Virus record (IMG/VR): IMGVR_UViG_3300006046_000008
Span: 1-49,624 of that record
DNA: 49,624 bases
Reading direction: 5' to 3' (one strand)
Source of the DNA: a virus
Lineage: Duplodnaviria; Caudoviricetes
In this document: piece by piece, positions 46,591 to 49,624 of the stretch
Layout: each line of letters begins with the position of its first letter
Position numbering within the stretch: the first letter of the stretch is position 1
The notes under the pieces: model-generated
Databases searched by the model: none
What the model saw: only the letters and a program-made list of their open reading frames with translations
Told to the model about the DNA's origin: nothing
Translations under genes and position numbers: made by a program

Positions 46591-46618
46591 GTTAATCCGA
46601 GACCCTCGGGTCTCGCTC
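46591..46618 (-). promoter_or_regulatory. conserved hairpin element copy 2
   Basis: CGAGACC-CTCG-GGTCTCG with GTTAATC flank; intergenic. Confidence 0.7.
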
Positions 46619-46835
46619 ATCCTGTAAGCCGCAATCCAGTACCAATGCCCGCGAAATTAAGCAGTAGCACAACAACTATCAACACTGCGACGACCATAAT
46701 CGCAACTCGGATTATGCGACCCAAGGGCTCTGGTGGCGCGAAGTTCGCCAGGATATAATACGCCAGCCAGACAACAATGCCCAGCACTAGAAGAATAATC
46801 AAAAAACTGATGAGCCCGCCAATGGAGATTGCCAT
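46617..46835 (-). CDS. two-TM small membrane protein (holin-like)
   Basis: Two hydrophobic helices joined by PPEP.G.IIR; GGGAG RBS. Confidence 0.7.
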   Translation of the reverse strand: MAISIGGLISFLIILLVLGIVVWLAYYILANFAPPEPLGRIIRVAIMVVAVLIVVVLLLNFAGIGTGLRLTG

Positions 46836-46847
46836 CTTATTAGCTCC

Positions 46848-47330
46848 CTAAGCTTGATTATAGGGTGGTCGTGGGCGAGGAATTGGCGCTCCTGGCGCCT
46901 GGCGATTGACTAGATCTCCAGCCATACCGCTAGGCGTCTGCCCAAAGCCGATATCCTTCGCCCACTGCGGGGCCGTCGGCTTTGGCATCCCTCTCGCCGC
47001 GCCGTAGATCTGGGCGAGCTGCTGTAGCGATCCGCCAATCCCGCTAGAGGGCTGCTGCGCTCCACCCTGTGGTATGCTAGATGTGATGAGCCCTTGCTGG
47101 GGCTGGAAGGCACTTCCCAGCCAGCTCAACATCCCCTGCAAGTTCATCCCCGGCTGTTGCGCGGGCTGCCCAGGCATCGTATTCATGGGCGCACTGCCAG
47201 TCCCGCTCGCTCCCCCTCCGCCATACATATTCCCCAGGGAGGAGAATGCAGCGCCGCTCGGTTGCGGATTCCCTCGCTGCTGATTTTGCCCTACTCCCAT
47301 CAGGGTGCTATAGTCAATCATGGCGTGCAT
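46848..47330 (-). CDS. Gly/Gln/Pro/Met-rich disordered protein
   Basis: 160 aa, low complexity; ends PIPRPRPPYNQA; start may be ATG 47321. Confidence 0.7.
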   Translation of the reverse strand: MHAMIDYSTLMGVGQNQQRGNPQPSGAAFSSLGNMYGGGGASGTGSAPMNTMPGQPAQQPGMNLQGMLSWLGSAFQPQQGLITSSIPQGGAQQPSSGIGGSLQQLAQIYGAARGMPKPTAPQWAKDIGFGQTPSGMAGDLVNRQAPGAPIPRPRPPYNQA

Positions 47331-47337
47331 CCTATGT

Positions 47338-47364
47338 GTTAGTCAGAGACCTACGGTCTCGCTC
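47338..47364 (-). promoter_or_regulatory. conserved hairpin element copy 3
   Basis: GAGACC-TAC-GGTCTC with GTTAGTCA / GCTCA flanks; intergenic. Confidence 0.7.
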
Positions 47365-47375
47365 AACTGTGATAG

Positions 47376-47918
47376 CTATCCAAGCCACTGAAAGGTAATA
47401 ACGCCCTTTGTAGCCGGCGCCAAGAGCGCTTCGCGAAGTGAATTGGCTTCAGTTCTCCGTAGGTCAAGTCGTGAGAGATTTTTGCAAGTGAGTACGAGAA
47501 CGATGGGTCTCTCATAGATCGCTTGAAGGAGTGGTTTGTAGAGCTTTTCAAGCTGGGAGTATCCCGCAAGGGTTTCTGTGAGCTTGCACTCGAAGCAGAT
47601 GACTCGGGAGTTGAGGACAAGGTAGCTATCTGTTTGCGCATAGCCAATGCCATTAGAGTCCTCAAATCTCATCCACTGGTTGTGATGAATCTGGGCTTCC
47701 AAGGGCAAGCTCGAGCTGAAATGGCGCTGGAATTGGCGCTCGTAGCTCAGACCCCTCGCTTTGCTCCCCCTCACCCTCTGCTTCTGGTGTGGGCTGCGCA
47801 GCGCCAGTTCCGCCCACTTCAGTCCCTGGATCGTGCGTGATCCGCGATGCCTCAAGCTGTCTAACAGTTCCAAGGCGAGCTGCTGCTGCTTCTCCCTTGA
47901 TCCGCTCAAGTTCAGCAT
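47376..47918 (-). CDS. PD-(D/E)XK nuclease (resolvase-like)
   Basis: G..YE ... QTD ... FECKLT ... QL..LY.PL; start uncertain; overlaps the upstream gene. Confidence 0.7.
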   Translation of the reverse strand: MLNLSGSREKQQQLALELLDSLRHRGSRTIQGLKWAELALRSPHQKQRVRGSKARGLSYERQFQRHFSSSLPLEAQIHHNQWMRFEDSNGIGYAQTDSYLVLNSRVICFECKLTETLAGYSQLEKLYKPLLQAIYERPIVLVLTCKNLSRLDLRRTEANSLREALLAPATKGVITFQWLG

Positions 47919-48438
47919 TGGTAATCACCACCGCTTTGATATTGGTGTTCACAGTGCTCTTCGGTCCAAATCCTGTCCTGTCAAGGCCTAGAGTCAAGAG
48001 ATCCTTCAAGTCAGAGGTTTTAATCTTCTCCGGCGCTTCTATGAGGCGCTCGTGCAGCACCTCCATGGCGTCATTTGTGAAGCCAGCAAGCCTCTTATGA
48101 GTATCAAAATAAAGCTCTTCCACTTGCCCGGTGTAGTGCGCGATTAGCTCCTGAAAAGCCGGATCATGGCGGAGCTGCACGACCCGCTGCGGGGTATATC
48201 CAGTGATGAGCGAGATCTCAGCGTTGTCTTTGCCTAGAGCTACTAGCCGGGCCGCCTCATGATGAGAGCCCCTGATCTTCTTTAAAAGCGCCGCCCCCTC
48301 CGGCTGGCGCTTCGGCAGGGCTTCGCCAAGTATTAGATCCTCTTCAACTAGCTCTCTCGCAAAATGGGCGAAGAAGGGCTGCTGCCCTCCAGGGATCATC
48401 GCTTCCAGCTCTTCAAAGAGAGCGTCTGGTGCGTTCAC
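47662..48438 (-). CDS. putative terminase small subunit / HTH protein
   Basis: HH..ARL.A.G....EI...TGY....V..L..DPAFQEL...Y HTH, then DRTG.GP; upstream of terL. Confidence 0.6.
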   Translation of the reverse strand: MNAPDALFEELEAMIPGGQQPFFAHFARELVEEDLILGEALPKRQPEGAALLKKIRGSHHEAARLVALGKDNAEISLITGYTPQRVVQLRHDPAFQELIAHYTGQVEELYFDTHKRLAGFTNDAMEVLHERLIEAPEKIKTSDLKDLLTLGLDRTGFGPKSTVNTNIKAVVITNAELERIKGEAAAARLGTVRQLEASRITHDPGTEVGGTGAAQPTPEAEGEGEQSEGSELRAPIPAPFQLELALGSPDSSQPVDEI

Positions 48439-48728
48439 TGCGCGCTCACAGGTTGTGGTTCATCGGGATTGGTGCGAGATGTTAGTAAAGTGAAAGATGC
48501 GGGAAGGAGCGGGCCAACAGCGTAGGTGTGGAGAAAACTCAAATCCTGCATTGTGAGTGAGTAGCTAGTTGTATCAATTTTCTCTACATAGCCCGCTCTG
48601 CTTATCACCTTTCCAAAGGTTAAATTAAAGCGAACTCTGTCAATGCCAGTGAAGTTCTGCCCAGGATGAGCAGCACCCCAGGTGAGGATGAAGTGTGCTG
48701 TGCTGGGACTAGAAATGTAGTCAGTCAT
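48435..48728 (-). CDS. hypothetical protein
   Basis: 97 aa; overlaps the next start by GTGA. Confidence 0.55.
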   Translation of the reverse strand: MTDYISSPSTAHFILTWGAAHPGQNFTGIDRVRFNLTFGKVISRAGYVEKIDTTSYSLTMQDLSFLHTYAVGPLLPASFTLLTSRTNPDEPQPVSAQ

Positions 48729-48756
48729 TGGGTGCCTTCGCGCTCACGAGTTCCCA

Positions 48757-48806
48757 AATCACGATCTCCAGTCAAAATGCTAATCACGATCTCCAGTCAA
48801 AATGCT
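48757..48806. repeat. perfect 2 x 25 bp tandem repeat (minus strand AGCATTTTGACTGGAGATCGTGATT)
   Basis: Copies at 48757-48781 and 48782-48806; intergenic. Confidence 0.9.
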
Positions 48807-48808
48807 GC

Positions 48809-49222
48809 TCACGCTAATGTAAAAACTCCGTTCGCCGCATCGAAATCTGCCTTAAAGGTCTCTCCAGCGGAGAGCGTAATGCTCGCTCCGTGATCGAACC
48901 AGCCGACGAGATATTTGCTCGCCGTTTCATTGCTGTAGATGACGCCATACCTGAAGGCGGTCCAAGTACCAGTGGCGGTGAAGGTGTAATCTGCTATCGT
49001 CACCTTCGAGACCCCGCCAGTAGGTGGGACGAGGGTAACCGCTAGCACGCCGCCTCCCGCAGTGTAGCCCGTGCCAGTAACCTCTCCCGCTCCCGTCCAA
49101 AGCGTATTCGTCGCGCTGGGAGGAGTGCTGGTAAGCCCCAGCCGGAATGCATGAGTAGAAAAGTTAAAGCGGGCAAGCAAAAGATCCTGCGCGAAGGAAT
49201 TAAATTTCTGAAGAGCCGCCAT
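48809..49222 (-). CDS. small structural protein (KFNSF..DL....N...F...LT...P.....E..G.GYTAGG family)
   Basis: Widespread phage virion-protein pattern; GGAGG RBS before ATG 49222. Confidence 0.75.
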   Translation of the reverse strand: MAALQKFNSFAQDLLLARFNFSTHAFRLGLTSTPPSATNTLWTGAGEVTGTGYTAGGGVLAVTLVPPTGGVSKVTIADYTFTATGTWTAFRYGVIYSNETASKYLVGWFDHGASITLSAGETFKADFDAANGVFTLA

Positions 49223-49624
49223 GGAGAGCCTCCGCAATTCTCCCCGCAATGTAAACCTCCAGAGCCCGCCATGCAAGTGGGAACTTAGCTGGTAAAATGT
49301 AAATGGAGATGAATGCCCCCGAGTTGAGAGCCCACATTCACAATGTGAAAGAGCCCATCAGGTGGATGTTCATAAGAGCCCATCACCTCCAGCACGCCAG
49401 AAAACTGGAGAGCTGGTTCGCCCGCCCTGCGCAGCCATGCAGGGGGGAAGGCCCACCCCACAACCACAGGTATTCCCACAAACCCACTGGGTTTATAGGG
49501 TGCTACATAAACCCACAAACCTAGTAGGATTGTGGACACAACCGCACGTTGATGTGCGTTCACGATCTTGTGATCGACTGGCGTTCGATTGTTGTTGACC
49601 CAGCCCATGTCCTTTGATACACAT

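Noticed and set aside
44474-47360. GAGACC/GGTCTC pairs as synthetic BsaI cloning scars
   Set aside because: Variable spacers, conserved natural flanks and intergenic placement fit a native element; no vector sequence is present.
47363-47665. 100-aa minus-strand ORF, and the many antisense ORFs in the track
   Set aside because: These are shadow frames of better-supported genes with no motifs or RBS.
49230-49624. ORFs or terminal repeat at the right end
   Set aside because: The short ORFs lack RBS or motif support, and the end does not match or join in frame with the window start. It is probably non-coding control sequence cut by the window edge.

Overview
The window is most of the genome of a tailed dsDNA phage with podovirus-type virion genes. 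Both ends are truncated: it starts inside a gene and shows no terminal repeat or circular overlap. The host is probably an alphaproteobacterium (inference from the tailspike linker, PxPRxRP motifs and promoter style). The + arm (1-23680) carries small early genes, a dNMP kinase, a stand-alone tailspike/depolymerase, a HIRAN protein, an SF1 helicase, a Cas4-like exonuclease, a Sak4-like ATPase, SSB, a ParB-methyltransferase, a family-A DNA polymerase split into UDG+exo and exoIII+pol genes, an HNH endonuclease and a DUF3987-like helicase. The - arm (49222-23646) carries a probable small terminase, a PD-(D/E)XK nuclease, a cluster of disordered Pro/Gly-rich proteins, TerL, portal, scaffold, major capsid, tail adaptor/nozzle, ejection proteins and a large kinase + ADP-ribosyltransferase polyvalent protein. 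No integrase, RNA polymerase, primase, endolysin, tRNA or CRISPR array was recognised. The most unusual observations are: (1) three unrelated small proteins ending in the identical C-terminal peptide SLADLGL; (2) a kinase+ART virion effector; (3) a hairpin-punctuated cassette of prion-like proteins sharing a PxPR[AP]RP motif; (4) a proofreading domain split across two genes; (5) a moron-like tailspike with nested repeats; and (6) candidate structured RNAs and phage-specific DNA motifs. All family calls come from motifs recognised by eye; no searches were run.
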